Origin: Eledone cirrhosa
Lineage: Eukaryota
Assembly (NCBI GenBank): GCA_964016885.1
Contig: OZ024745.1
Coordinates: 74,648,001 to 74,712,000, forward strand
Direction: 5' to 3'
DNA length: 64,000 nucleotides
Below the pieces are notes generated by a model. It worked only from the letters and a program-made list of their open reading frames with translations, was not told the DNA's origin and did no database searches. Below, in pieces: positions 12,817 to 24,749 of this stretch; position 1 is the stretch's first letter; every line of letters begins with the position of its first letter. The position numbers and the translations under genes were made by a program.

Positions 12817-13445
12817 AACACAATAGTGCCTGGTTCAATGCAGTACCATCACTTGTGACTGGCACTCAACTGGACAGCGACTGCTTGTACATCAGTGTTT
12901 CCCTGAGGCTCAGCCTCCAGATCTGTGAGCCACACAAATACCACTGTGGATTCTTTAGGTCATGTCGTTATAGAGCTAGCCACCTCTCATGCCATACTGC
13001 TTTCAACAAGATTATAAAGCATGGCCTGCACGGTGCAGGCTTCCCTTCCCAGCTCGAGTCAGAAGGGCTGCACCGAGAGGATGACAAAAGACCAGATGGC
13101 ATGGCCATCTTCCTATTCCATGGTGGTAAGCCTCTCATCCAGGATGCCACATAGTGGCAACCTGGTGCATTTGGCTACCAGCCCAGACTTCACTGTCAAA
13201 GTATTGGCCACTTTCTGATAGGTTTGTGGTTGAGCCTGTGGCAGTGGAGACTTCCAGTGTTCTTTGCATCCGGACCACATCCCTGCTCACCATTATCAGA
13301 GTGGAGTTGGCTACCTGCAAGTGAAAGCCGTGCAAGGTGGAGTGGCTGTTCCAGTGTGTCGCCCTCGCCATCCTCCAGGACAATGCCTTCTCCATCCTGT
13401 TGGCTGGGACCTTGAGGCAAACTGACACTTAAGTTTTATTTATGG
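12817..13445 (+). mobile_element. CRE-like retrotransposon 3' fragment nested in the hAT relic
   Basis: AWFNAVPS..GT.LD...SLRL..C....HTAFNKIIK...FPSQLE.EGL.REDDKRPDGM...GKPL..DAT, a restriction-like endonuclease motif. Confidence 0.8.
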
Positions 13446-13499
13446 TGGTGGCATGTGGAATAGATTTACTTCATAAGCATGTGTAAAACTAATATTTTG

Positions 13500-13770
13500 T
13501 TAGCACATGGAGTGATACAAACAAGAAATTAACACAAAAAGGAATAGAATTTTTTCAACTTGAACAAAACAAGTGAAAATACTATAAGAGCAAGTTTTGC
13601 TCTCAGCAAAATAATCAGAAAATCACCACAGCCATTCACTAAAGATAATTTTATCAAAGGCCATATTTTAAAAGTTAGTAAAATACTCTGTCCCAAGAAA
13701 ATGAAAATGTTTGAAAGCATTAATTTGTCACCTAATACTTTTGCCAGCCATATCACTGATTTAACAAAAA
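13500..13770 (+). mobile_element. hAT (SPIN/GTF2IRD2-like) transposase relic, continuation
   Basis: RASFALSKII.KS..PFT...FIK..ILKV..ILCP.K...FESINLS.NT....ITDL. Confidence 0.8.
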
Positions 13771-14096
13771 ATTCAAAAGTGAAAACAGGGAAAAAAAAAA
13801 AAAGGAATTTACCAAAAGTAAATATGGAATTAAGGAAAATTTGAAACAGATTTGCCCCAACTCACCCCACTTCATTCATACATCCCACTTAATATGCGTA
13901 TTCCATTTGATGAAAATGAAAAAAAAAAAACAAAAAAAAAAAACAGCCTATCAACAAATCAACATGTATAGTCCTTTCCAATACTGCTTTCTTTTTCTTT
14001 GTTTAACCAAATAAATTTTTTCATTATTTTGATTAATCTCCCTTAATGTAACTCAAACTAAGAGGCATTATAAGAAGCTACTTTTTTTTTCAGATA

Positions 14097-17000
14097 TCAT
14101 CATCATCACCGTTTTACGTCCGTTCTTCCATGCTAGCATGGGTTAGATGGGTTGTCCTGTTGTGGGCAGTGTCTGGTTGGCTGACCATGCCTTGCTCATA
14201 CAGGAACTGATTTTGGCTTGATTTCTACAGCTGGATGCCCTTCCTAACACCAACCTCATTTACAGTGAGTGCTGGGTGCTTTTTCCGTGGTGCCTACACG
14301 TCCACTTTACAGTGTGGGCTGGGTGCTTTTTTGCCGTGGCACCTCCACGACCACCTTGCAGTGGGAGGGTGTGGGGGCATATTGTCTATATGCTTCAGCT
14401 TGTACCCATGGGAGGTCGGGTACTCTGTATTACTGCGTGACGCCAGAGGTGACGGTCGTGTGTCATCGCCTTTGAGAGGTGTAATTGAGTAAGGTCGGCT
14501 TTTATCACCTCATCCCAGGTCTTCTTTGGTCTCCCCACTCCGCGGTTTCCATTGACTTCTAGTGCTCTGCACCTTTTTATGCAGCTGTCATCCTTCATAC
14601 GCATCACATGTCCATACCAACGCAACCGCCTCTCCTGCACACACCATTTGATTCCTCTTATGCTCAGTCTCTCTCTCAATTCATTTATGCTTTGTCGTTC
14701 ACGTATATCACTATTACACATCCATCGGAGCATGCAGGCTTCGTTTCTTTCTAATCTACGTAAGTCTTCCACCTTCAGCGCCCAGGTCTCACTACCATGT
14801 AACATTGCTGTTCGGATACATGCATCATACAGTCTGCCTTTCATTTTGAGGGAGAAGCCTTTTGCAGCTAGCAGTGGCAGTAGTTCCCTGAACTTCTTCC
14901 ATCGCATTCTTACCCTAGTTATTGTACTTTCTGAACACCCGCCTCTGCTGCTAATTTGGTCACCTAGGTAGCAGAAGCTGTCTACTGTTTCTACAGAGCC
15001 CTCCCAGAGATTGGTGGTACTTGTTTCCAGTGGCTGTTTGCTGCTTGCTCTCCCAGCACAGCTACTGCATGTGAAGCCTACATTCTTAATTAAGCTTCCT
15101 GAGATCCCGCTACATCTCTTGTGTACCCATTGTTTGCATTTGGGGCAGAGAATGGAGTTCCTCCCTACACCTTTCCTACATACTGAGCAAGGCCATTTCC
15201 CTGAGGGGATCTGGGTTCTGTTTTCTTGTCTACTTACAAGGACTTTAGTCTTTGTCATGTTAACTTTGAGACCCTTTCTTTCTAGTCCCTGCTTCCAAGT
15301 TTGGAATTTCTTCTCTAGTCCTACCATAGATTCAGCTATAAGTGCGAGGTCATCAGCATACAGGAGTTCCCATGGGCATCCGGTCTTAAACTCCTCCGTT
15401 ATTACCTGCAGGACTATGATGAACAGGAGAGGGCTAAGAACAGAGCCTGGTGGACACCAACCTGTATGCTAAATTCCTCGCTATACTCATTGCTAATCCT
15501 AACTTTGCTGACTGCTCCCCTATACATGGCTTGTACAGCTTTCACAAGCCATTCATCTACTCCTAGTTTTCTAAGAACCCACCAGATTACAGCACGTGCA
15601 ACTCTGTCAAAGGCTTTCGCGAGATCGACGAATGCCAGGTAGAGTGGCTTACTTTTAGCTAGATACTTTTCCTGTAACTGCCTCACAAGGAAGAGGGCAT
15701 CAGTGGTGCCTCTTCCTGGTACAAACCCAAATTGCAACTCATCTAGTTTCGCCCGGTCCCTAATCAACTGTGCTATAACTCTTTTTGTTACTTTTATGAC
15801 CTGGTCCATCAGCTTTATACCTCTATCTAGTGCATCACCTTTACCTTTGTAGCAGTTGACAATGATGCTACTGCACCAATCTTTTGGTGTGACACCTTCT
15901 AGTATTACCTGGTTAACAATATGTGTGGTTATAGTGTGACCTACAGACCCAGATGCCTTCAGCATCTCGGCAGCTATACCCGATGGACCGGTTGCCTTCC
16001 CCATCTTCATATCTTTGATTGCCTTACTTACTACGCTGCTGCTGACCCCTCTATAGGGTCTCTTCTTCCCATGGATTCTCCTCATTTAGTAATCTATCAT
16101 AATGGCTCTTCCATGCATCTTTCTTCTCAGCACTTGTGAGGGCAAGCTCACCTTTATCATTCCGGATACACTTCTCTCCAATGACATCACAATTCTCCCT
16201 GACACTGCTTCGTAATCTTGAACAACTCCTGGTTCTGGTCCTCACGTTGCAAAACATGCTTGAATTTTCTATCCTCTGCTTCCCTCCTAGCTAAGTATAC
16301 TTGTCGCCTTGGTCTCTATGTCATGTACCCTGCTCCCCCCGTTCTTCCAATGCCTGTCTCTTGGCCTTACCTGCCTCATCTACCTTATTGTTCCACCACC
16401 AAGTCGCTCTCCTCCTGCTTGTGGTCTTACTCCAGCCACAGACCTCATCCGTCGCCTCTAGTAAGTTATTTTTTAGGAACTCCCAGTGCTCTTCTACATT
16501 GAATGTCTCTATCCGTTCTTCTTTACTGTCGTAGGCGTTGAGTAAAATATCTTTAAATCTGTTACTGGCTGAAGGGTCTTTCAGCTTCCAGATCTTTCTT
16601 CTCCAGGTTGGCCTCTGTTTCCAGGTTCGTCTAGTTCTGACTGTGAGGTCGCTGACAACTAAGCTATGTTGGGAGGTACATTCCTCACTAGGGTAGGCTT
16701 TTGTGTTTACGACCGTCCAACTGTCACGTCCTCTGATAAGGATAAAATCTATCTGACTAGAATGCTCCCCTGATCTATAGGTGATCAGGTGGTTGTCGGG
16801 TTTATTGAAGTTTGTGTTACATATCGACATGTCATTGGCGTCGCAGAATTCTAGAAGTCTGAATCCTTCTTCATTTCTTGTGCCAACCCCGTGGCCTCCA
16901 TGGACTCTATTGAAGCTGTCACAGTGTTTACCTACGTGTCCGTTAAAATCTCCTGCGATGATTAGGAAGTCATTGTCGTTTGTTAGAGCAGTAGTGTGCA

Positions 17001-17115
17001 TTAGGGACTCGTAAAATCTATCCTTAAGTTCGTCTGGCAACACTGATTGGGGTGCGTAAGCTGATATTATTGTGCTAATTGTTTTATTCAGGACTAGTCT
17101 GAGTTTAATGATAAT
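14097..17115 (-). mobile_element. RTE-clade LINE, 5'-truncated: APE, RT with PHD-like insert, 3' UTR, (GAT)n tail
   Basis: ORF pieces 16321-17118 (SAYAP, GDFNGH, IDFIL), 15414-16085 (QFGF, FVDLAKAFD) and 14395-15327; YADD at ~15349-15360; only a few frameshifts. Confidence 0.93.
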
Positions 17116-17961
17116 CAAAAATAATTATAAAACATGAGAAAGAATACTCAGTGATGGCTAACCCAACTGTACGAGCCTAGTATGGATGAATGTTGTTTGG
17201 TGTGCAGAACCCCAAGCACACAAGGCAGGCTATTTATGAATGTCGCTTCCTTTGTCTCCCAGACTTGAGAAGAAACAGATGACTTTTTGATATCTCCAAA
17301 TCTGAGACATATTGGTGCTCGAAAGCCATTCAGAATGTGAACTATACGGCTACAAAGATCAGCTTCCATGGTGGCCGGTTTGACAGTGTAAAGAGCAATA
17401 AATTACTGCTACAGATATAGATGCAATTCAATTCAAGCACTCAACATCATGTTACTTCATTAAAATGAGGATGATGGAGTATAATTAGAATGAGGAAAAT
17501 GTGAAGTTATAGATGTTAATGAGTCTTTTAATAACAAAGCTGTGATACATATTTCAATGACGATCATGGTCACTCGATTTTTAACCAATTCTTGTGATTT
17601 CATCAGACAGCAAAATTGAGTAAAAGGTTACGTTTCAGAGGCATGCTATATTCAAAGGGGTGGAAAAAGAAAATTTTGTTTTTGCTGAGATTGTCACAAA
17701 GGGGCAGACTAGCCCAGAAAAAAACATCATTTTTTTGTTCGTTCCCTTGAATATTGGATTGTCACAGAATCATAACCTGAGTCCATCAAACGATTTTGCA
17801 CATATCTCAAAAATAATTTCTGTAGAATATATGCATTTGTTTCTGAATAAAGTAGAATTATGATAAAATGATTTCCACATATTTCACAATTTTTTTCTTC
17901 AGTGTCCATCCTTCTGCGCCCTTTTAAGAGATAATTATAAATAAAAGACTTCACACATATT

Positions 17962-19953
17962 TCACATTTTGTTTCCATTGTGTGTTTTTTCGTGCCTTTT
18001 AAAATTACTTTTATCAGAAAAGGATTTCCTGCATATTTGACAACAATATGGTTTTTCTCCAGTGTGTGTTATTTTGTGGTTTTTAAGTTTGCCATTTTCA
18101 GAGAAAGATTTCCCACATATTTCACAGTGAAACGGTTTTTCCCCAGTGTGTATTCTTTTGTGTATAGTTAAATGACAGGTATAGACAAAAGATTTTCCAC
18201 AGATTTCACAATAGACTTTTTCTCCAGTGTGTAATTTATTATGTGCTTTTAAGTGACTGTTAGTAATAAAGGATTTTCCACATATTTCACAATGATAGTC
18301 TTTTTCCCCAGTGTGTCCACGTATGTGGACATTGAGATGAGAATTCAGAGTGAAGGATTTCTTACATATTTCACAATGGTAGAGTTTTTCTCCAGTATGT
18401 ATTCTTTTGTGTGAGGTTAAACTGCCATTAGTGTTGAAAGATTTCCCACATATTTCACAATGATAGGGTTTTTCTCCAGTGTGAAATCTTTTGTGTATGG
18501 TTAAACTTCTGCTGGAAACAAAAGAATTCCCACATATTTCACAATTATAGGGTTTTTCTCCTGTATGACTACGAATGTGGATAACAAGAAGTGAATTATT
18601 AACATAAGATTTCCCACATATTTCACAGTGGTAGAGCTTTTCCCCAGTGTGAAATCTTTTGTGTAAGGTTAAATTTCTGCTGGAAACAAAAAAATTCCCA
18701 CATATTTCACAATTATAGGGTTTTTCTCCTGTATGACTACGAATGTGGATAACAAGACGCGAATTATTCACATAAGATTTCCCACATATTTCACAGTGGT
18801 AGAGGTTTTCCCCAGTGTGTAGATTTTGGTGTAATTTCAACTTATTCTTACAAGCAAAAAACTTCCCACATATTTCACATTGATAGGGTTTTTCTCCTGT
18901 ATGACTACGAATGTGGATAACAAGACGTGAATTCTTAACATAAGATTTACCACATATTTCACAGTGGTAGAGCTTTTCTGCAGAGTGTATGTTTTTGTGT
19001 ACTGTCAATCTACTCTTACAAGCAAAAGACTCCCCACATATTTCACAATGATAGGGTTGTTCTCCTGTATGACTACGAATGTGGATAACAAGATGTGAAT
19101 TATTCACATAAGATTTACCACATATTTCACAATGGTAGAGCTTTTCTCCAGTGTGGAGTTTTTTGTGTCTTGTTAAGTTTTGGTTATAGACATAAGATTT
19201 ACCACATATTTCACAGTGGTAGGGTCTTTCTCCAGTGTGGAGTTTTTTGTGTTGTGTTAAGTTTTGGTTACTGACATAAGATTTCCCACATATTTTACAA
19301 TGATAGGGCCTTTCTTCTGTGTGCAATCGTTTGTGTAATATTAAAATACTTTTACAAACAAACGATTTCCCACATATTCCACAATGATAGGGTTTTTCAC
19401 CAGTATGTACTCTTTTGTGTATCGTTAAATTACTTTTACAGATAAAAGATTTTCCACATATTTCACAATGATAGGGTTTTTCTACAAGATGCACTCTTTT
19501 GTGTGTTGTCAAAATGTTCTTAGAAGCAAAACATTTCCCACACTGTTTACAATGATAGGGTTTTTCTCCAGTGTGCATTCTCTTGTGGATTATAAGCCTA
19601 GCATTACTAATGAACGCTTTCCCACATATTTCACATTGTAACAACTTTTTTCCAGTGTGTATTCTGTTATGTATTTTTCGTTGATTGTTATTGATAAATG
19701 ATTTTCCACATTTTTTACAACGGTACAACTTTTCCCTTGTGTGTATTTCTTTGTGTGTGATAACTTCATATTCTGAAGAGAATATTTTACTACAAATCTC
19801 ACACTGATATTCACTTATCTCTCTCTGTACCGATATTTGTTCTAGAAATGTTTCATTACATAAAGGTTTCACATCATTGTATGTCTCTGTAACTGAATCT
19901 ATATTGTTAAAAACTGTTTTATTAGAATTATCAAAGTGATTGACTTCATCCAT
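17962..19953 (-). CDS. Tandem C2H2 zinc-finger protein, 663 aa, 22 fingers (locus 2)
   Basis: Intact ORF: ~48-aa leader plus 22 fingers. Confidence 0.95.
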   Translation of the reverse strand: MDEVNHFDNSNKTVFNNIDSVTETYNDVKPLCNETFLEQISVQREISEYQCEICSKIFSSEYEVITHKEIHTREKLYRCKKCGKSFINNNQRKIHNRIHTGKKLLQCEICGKAFISNARLIIHKRMHTGEKPYHCKQCGKCFASKNILTTHKRVHLVEKPYHCEICGKSFICKSNLTIHKRVHTGEKPYHCGICGKSFVCKSILILHKRLHTEERPYHCKICGKSYVSNQNLTQHKKLHTGERPYHCEICGKSYVYNQNLTRHKKLHTGEKLYHCEICGKSYVNNSHLVIHIRSHTGEQPYHCEICGESFACKSRLTVHKNIHSAEKLYHCEICGKSYVKNSRLVIHIRSHTGEKPYQCEICGKFFACKNKLKLHQNLHTGENLYHCEICGKSYVNNSRLVIHIRSHTGEKPYNCEICGNFFVSSRNLTLHKRFHTGEKLYHCEICGKSYVNNSLLVIHIRSHTGEKPYNCEICGNSFVSSRSLTIHKRFHTGEKPYHCEICGKSFNTNGSLTSHKRIHTGEKLYHCEICKKSFTLNSHLNVHIRGHTGEKDYHCEICGKSFITNSHLKAHNKLHTGEKVYCEICGKSFVYTCHLTIHKRIHTGEKPFHCEICGKSFSENGKLKNHKITHTGEKPYCCQICRKSFSDKSNFKRHEKTHNGNKM

Positions 19954-20357
19954 ATTAATTACTGAAGATTCTTAAAAGCTGGGAATTGTCTATAAGAATG
20001 AATCTATTATGGTTCTGTTTTTTTGTCTTGGATATCATGGGACCCTCTTTACATGTGTGGAAATTATACAATGTGGATATTATTCCTACTTACTACAAGA
20101 ATGTTTGTTAATAACCGAGTCCTGTCTATATAACAGACATAATTCTTATGAAATATGGATATCAAGTAACAGATGCTTTATAAGTTAAACAAATATAGCG
20201 GTTTCATAAATGACTGGTAGCAGATTTTCTGGTGATATTGAGGGTCTTCTATAATAGCTGGTGTAATGGAAGGATCAGTTACCAGAACTGCAAAATCAGA
20301 AAATATATGACAGTATAAGATAGATCTCTGAAAAACAAAATCAATGCACATATATAT

Positions 20358-20547
20358 ATAATTGTTTCTACTTTTGGCACAAGGCCAGCAATTATCTCAG
20401 TGTATTACTGGTACTTTAGTTTATCGACCCCGTAAGGATGAAAGACAAAGGTAACCTCGGCGGGATTTGAACTCAGACCATAAAGGGCCGTAACTCTTTG
20501 CTGCAAAGCATGGCATCCGACCCTCTACCGATACTGCCAATCCACCG
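20358..20547 (-). mobile_element. tRNA-derived SINE, specific to unit A
   Basis: Reverse-complement SINE; the paralogous sites at ~34030, 48120 and 60690 are empty. Confidence 0.9.
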
Positions 20548-20809
20548 TGTGTGTGAATGTACATGTACTCTTATAAATATGTTTAGTATCAATAGAATAA
20601 AACATAATGCAATGGTTGTGATAGCAATTTAAATAGTAGGTTCTCTTTGTGTAAATGTTAGCTCATTCACTGGTGATTAAAATTGATTTCCCCTGTCCTA
20701 TAAAATGAAGTGAAACCAATTCATAATGTAGCCTAGTTTACAAAGAAATACATATAATCATGAAGAAGAGGATATGTGAGCTTAAATAGCCATCAAACAC
20801 TTTAGACAC

Positions 20810-22700
20810 ATACTTCATAAACCCCTCAACAAGGACAATGAAGAAGTAAAGAGATATAACATAGTGAGCAACTGGAAACTCCTATGTAACAACTTATTGA
20901 GAGCCACATGTGAGATTTGTGGATGGGGCAAGATACCGATCAGAGAGAAAGTGATAGGGTGGTGGAACAGTACTGTAGATAGGGCTATAAAGGCTAAGAG
21001 ACAGGCTTGGAAAATTTGGAAGTTGGTGATAGCATTGAACAATACTAATTAGATAGAAGAGAAGCTACATGTCAGGTCAACTTAACAAGATAGAAAACAG
21101 AGAGTAAGAAGTTTTCTAATTTTCTGTAGCATGAGAATCAGAGGAAAGAAAATATTTCAGATTGCAAGACGATACACAAGACAAAACCATGACATTAAAG
21201 GTGAGAATTCAATATGGAATGACAGCAGCACACTTACCTTTATTGACACCTAAATGAAAGATACATGGATATGAGGCTGGTAAATGAGTCTATCCCAACT
21301 AGACCAAACTGAAAGATATGTCACTTTATGAGGCTGGTAAATGAGGAGTCTATCGTAACTAGACCTAACTATGACCTAACTTGTCAGTATGTTATACTGG
21401 CAAACTCCTCCAGTACTTCATGTCACCAATGTTCATGGTCCTTTGCCATCACTATATGAGGCTGGTAAATGAGTAGTCTATCTTAACTAGACCTAACTGA
21501 GAGAAATGTCTATGTGAGGCTGGTAAATGAAGAGTCTATAGCAAGTAGATCTAACTAAGGAATATGTCACTATGTGAGGCTGCAGAATAAGTACTTAACT
21601 AAGAAGTTCCTATACATAGCATTCTGCAACATGAAAAGAACCTTTGATAGAATTCCATGCTCTGTAATCTGGTGGGTTATTAGTAAGTTTAGGATAGAAA
21701 AATGATTTGTTGGATGTGTACAAACAACCATTTACATGGGTGCAACTTGCAAAATGAGAGTTAATGCAGAATACAATGATGAAAATAATCTGCAGATAGG
21801 AGTCCACCAAGGCTCAGTTCTGTCTTCTCCTGTTTATTAGCAGAGGCGGTACCATAGCCATTGAGGGTTATCCGAGGCGTGGTTATTGTTAGTTGGAAAC
21901 TAAAGACTGAACTATTATAGTCTTACAGGCCATAACAGAACATTTCAAGACTGGTTGGCTACGGGAATTCCTGAATGCTGATGATCTAGAAGCCACAAAG
22001 GAATTGGAGAAGTTCTATATATGCAAATAAAATCGAGAATCAAGGCACCTTAAAGTAAACCTAGTAAAGGCTTAAGTTTTAGTAAGTAGGTAAGAGAATA
22101 AAACTGTTATCATCACGAAAATAACTGTACTAAATATGATGGAAAAGAGTAGGTAGAAACTTCATATTATGTGCCCAGAAATGTAATGGGATCACAAACT
22201 TAATATGTAAAAGGTGCACAGGTGTAGTCAACATCAAGGTTTCTTGTGAAATGAAAACTCTCAAATGTTCAGAAGGCTCACTTGAAGTAGTAGAAAACAT
22301 TCACTATCTAGGTGACTTCATGAATAAGGGAGAATGAAGGGGGTATCGAACGTTTTGTAGCCAGAGTGAGAACAAGGTGGAAGTAGTTTAGGAAACTGTG
22401 GCCTCTGTTAGCAACAAAGTGTGTCTCTTAAAATGAAATGCAGAGTATTTAACTGTAATGCTACATGACAGCGAGAAAGCACGAGTAAGCTGAGAGAAAA
22501 GTTGAGTAAAAGAGGGAGCATGCAAGTGAGACAAGAATTTTATTTAAAAAGTGCTGTGTGCTTCAAGTAAATAGAACCTGTGGAAGACATGGGACATGTT
22601 GTGAAGAATGACCTCAAGAAACTGAGCTTCACACAGCACTGTGTTGACTGGCGATATGCAATGTTAACAAAAGACCTAATCTAATCACCAATACAAGCAT
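20810..22700 (+). mobile_element. Old RTE relic duplicated with the ZNF unit
   Basis: WKLLCNNLLRATCEICGWGK...WWN..VDRAIKAKRQAWK and VGVHQGSVLS; related to 14097-17115 and present in all four units. Confidence 0.85.
21268..21600 (+). repeat. ~55-bp minisatellite inside the RTE relic
   Basis: About 5 copies of ATGAGGCTGGTAAATGAGGAGTCTATC..AACTAGACCTAACTGAG..ATATGTCACT. Confidence 0.75.
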
Positions 22701-23397
22701 TGCGACGCTGAAATTAACTGTGATAAGTAACCAGAAACGGAGAGGGGGCCTTTAATCTACTGGACGAAACTACCCTTGTAGTGGTAGTGATAATGGAACG
22801 TACTTAGAATCCCCCGTACTCTGGTAAAGTGCTGGCTGGACAAACGAAAAAAACTAGAGAGGACCTTCTCGTCATGTGAAGTACCCAACAAGATATATTG
22901 TGTTGGTGTTACGATAAAATGCACCTGTTACAATCTGTAAAGTGGGTGTCGATTGAACAAAGTCGTTAAAGTGTATAGGAACTTGTTCTTAGCTAAATAG
23001 TTATCCTGCAACTGTCTAACTAGGTAGATGTCATCTGTAGTGTATCTCTCTGACATAAAGTCAAACAGCATCTCATCAAAACAATCTCTAGTGCTCGTGC
23101 TACAATAAAACTCCTCTAATAAAATCTGTAAAGTACTAGTGTTAGTACCATGATAACATATATTCCATATACTCTGAAGTGCGAAGACAACCAATAAGGT
23201 GGTTGCCATTAGGAAGGGCATCGAGCCATAGAAACTATGCCAAATATGGAATGTATGAGAAATATGATGCCTCTCAGACTTGTTTAATCTCGAACTGTGA
23301 CAACACATCCAACTTATGCCAGTATGGAAAGCAGGCGCTACATGGTGATGGTGATAAAATACCAAGCATAAAACATTAATTTTTACCTTACTATAAC

Positions 23398-23632
23398 TAT
23401 AATAATAATAATGAAATTATTGTGTACAGTGCTCAGGTGCACTACAACTCATCAAAGGCGCATGTATAGTACATAGAATAATGTTCAAATGTCTGGAAAA
23501 TGAACAGTGTATGAGTCGTGAAATACATGTGTGCGTGTGTATCAGGTATAGTGTTGGCGAATTTCAGGAAACATGGAGGTTTTAAAGGATGCAGGTAGTT
23601 TGTTCCATGCTTCAGCAACTCTGAGCGTGAAG
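23398..23632 (-). mobile_element. CR1-type LINE short 3' fragment
   Basis: Reverse complement of the 26920-27140 end (TTCACGCTCAGAGTTGCTGAAGCATGGAACAAACTACC...GTAGTGCACCTGAGCAC, ATT tail); absent from the paralogous sites at ~39030 and 50935. Confidence 0.85.
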
Positions 23633-24323
23633 CATGTTCACTATAACAATATAAACATTAACGTGACCTTACCGTTATATATTGAAAGTATCTGAAGTTC
23701 ACACTAGAGTAGGCGGTGATCTTTAAGATTTATCTCCCTTCTGAGAATGGTACCGGTGTTATACGTTCAGAAGTAACTTTAATTATTTCAATTTGGTTTT
23801 TCAACTATTAAAAAAAGTGAAGGATTGAGTTTACAAGAAAAGAGATGTTCAGGGCAGGAATATCTTTCATTATAGTTCTACTCCATTAGTCTGACCTTAG
23901 ACCAACAACATTGTTTGTTCAATTTGTTATTTAAAACGAATAATCCTAGAACAAATGGAGGAAAAATATTGCCGGACTCAACATATTAGGGAGTTGACTA
24001 TGCAATATAATAGAATGAAAATGATCTGTTGTGATCCATCTTCAGTTTCTATTCAGCAAAATGGCTGTTCGATTAAAATGTTTATTTTCAAGTGCTATAC
24101 CACAGCATAGAACCTTGGACAAGTATTTAAATACTCCTGTTATAGCTTTGGGCTGACCAATGCCTTACAAGTGAATTTGGTTGTCATATAATGTGCCACG
24201 CACAAGACACAAGAACCCTCTCAAACGTAGCGTTGTTTGTTTGATTGCCAAACACCTTAGACATCCATTGCTAGGAAAGAACATTGACATCAAATAATGG
24301 TGCTCTCCCCCCACTCTCTCGCG

Positions 24324-24324
<1 letters not shown>

Positions 24325-24398
<74 letters not shown>
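24325..24398. repeat. (TA)n microsatellite
   Basis: Perfect TA run; a second run lies at ~24616-24675. Confidence 0.95.
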
Positions 24399-24401
<3 letters not shown>

Positions 24402-24612
24402 GAATAATCGAGAATCGGAATATCAGCCCACGAAATCAGATATATGTGGCAGAGGGCTCAATAATTTGGATAAATCAGAGCTATAACTATCGTTAAAATA
24501 CCAACACATAGAGATCATGCCTAAAATCACCCGTGCAGCCGAAAATGAACGACCAGGAAGATTCGGGTCACTCAAATAAAATATCAATAAATTAATAAAT
24601 TAAATGAATGTA

Positions 24613-24677
<65 letters not shown>

Positions 24678-24749
24678 CCAGGATAGAACCAGTTTGAAAT
24701 TAGATCATTACTCAACAGAGTACTCGGTACTTTGGGTAGGAGAGTATGG

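Larger units (their letters stand above)
17800..24070. repeat. Tandem duplication unit A (ZNF gene plus upstream block)
   Basis: The non-coding block 19953-24070 is collinear with 33670-39700, 47800-51720 and 60273-64000. Confidence 0.85.

Noticed and set aside
14552-15472. + strand ORFs of 139 and 153 aa
   Set aside because: Antisense shadows of the RTE ORF; the same applies to ORFs opposite the other LINEs and the ZNF genes.
17130-17400. Possible coding remnant next to the RTE 5' break
   Set aside because: No recognisable motif in the frames examined.
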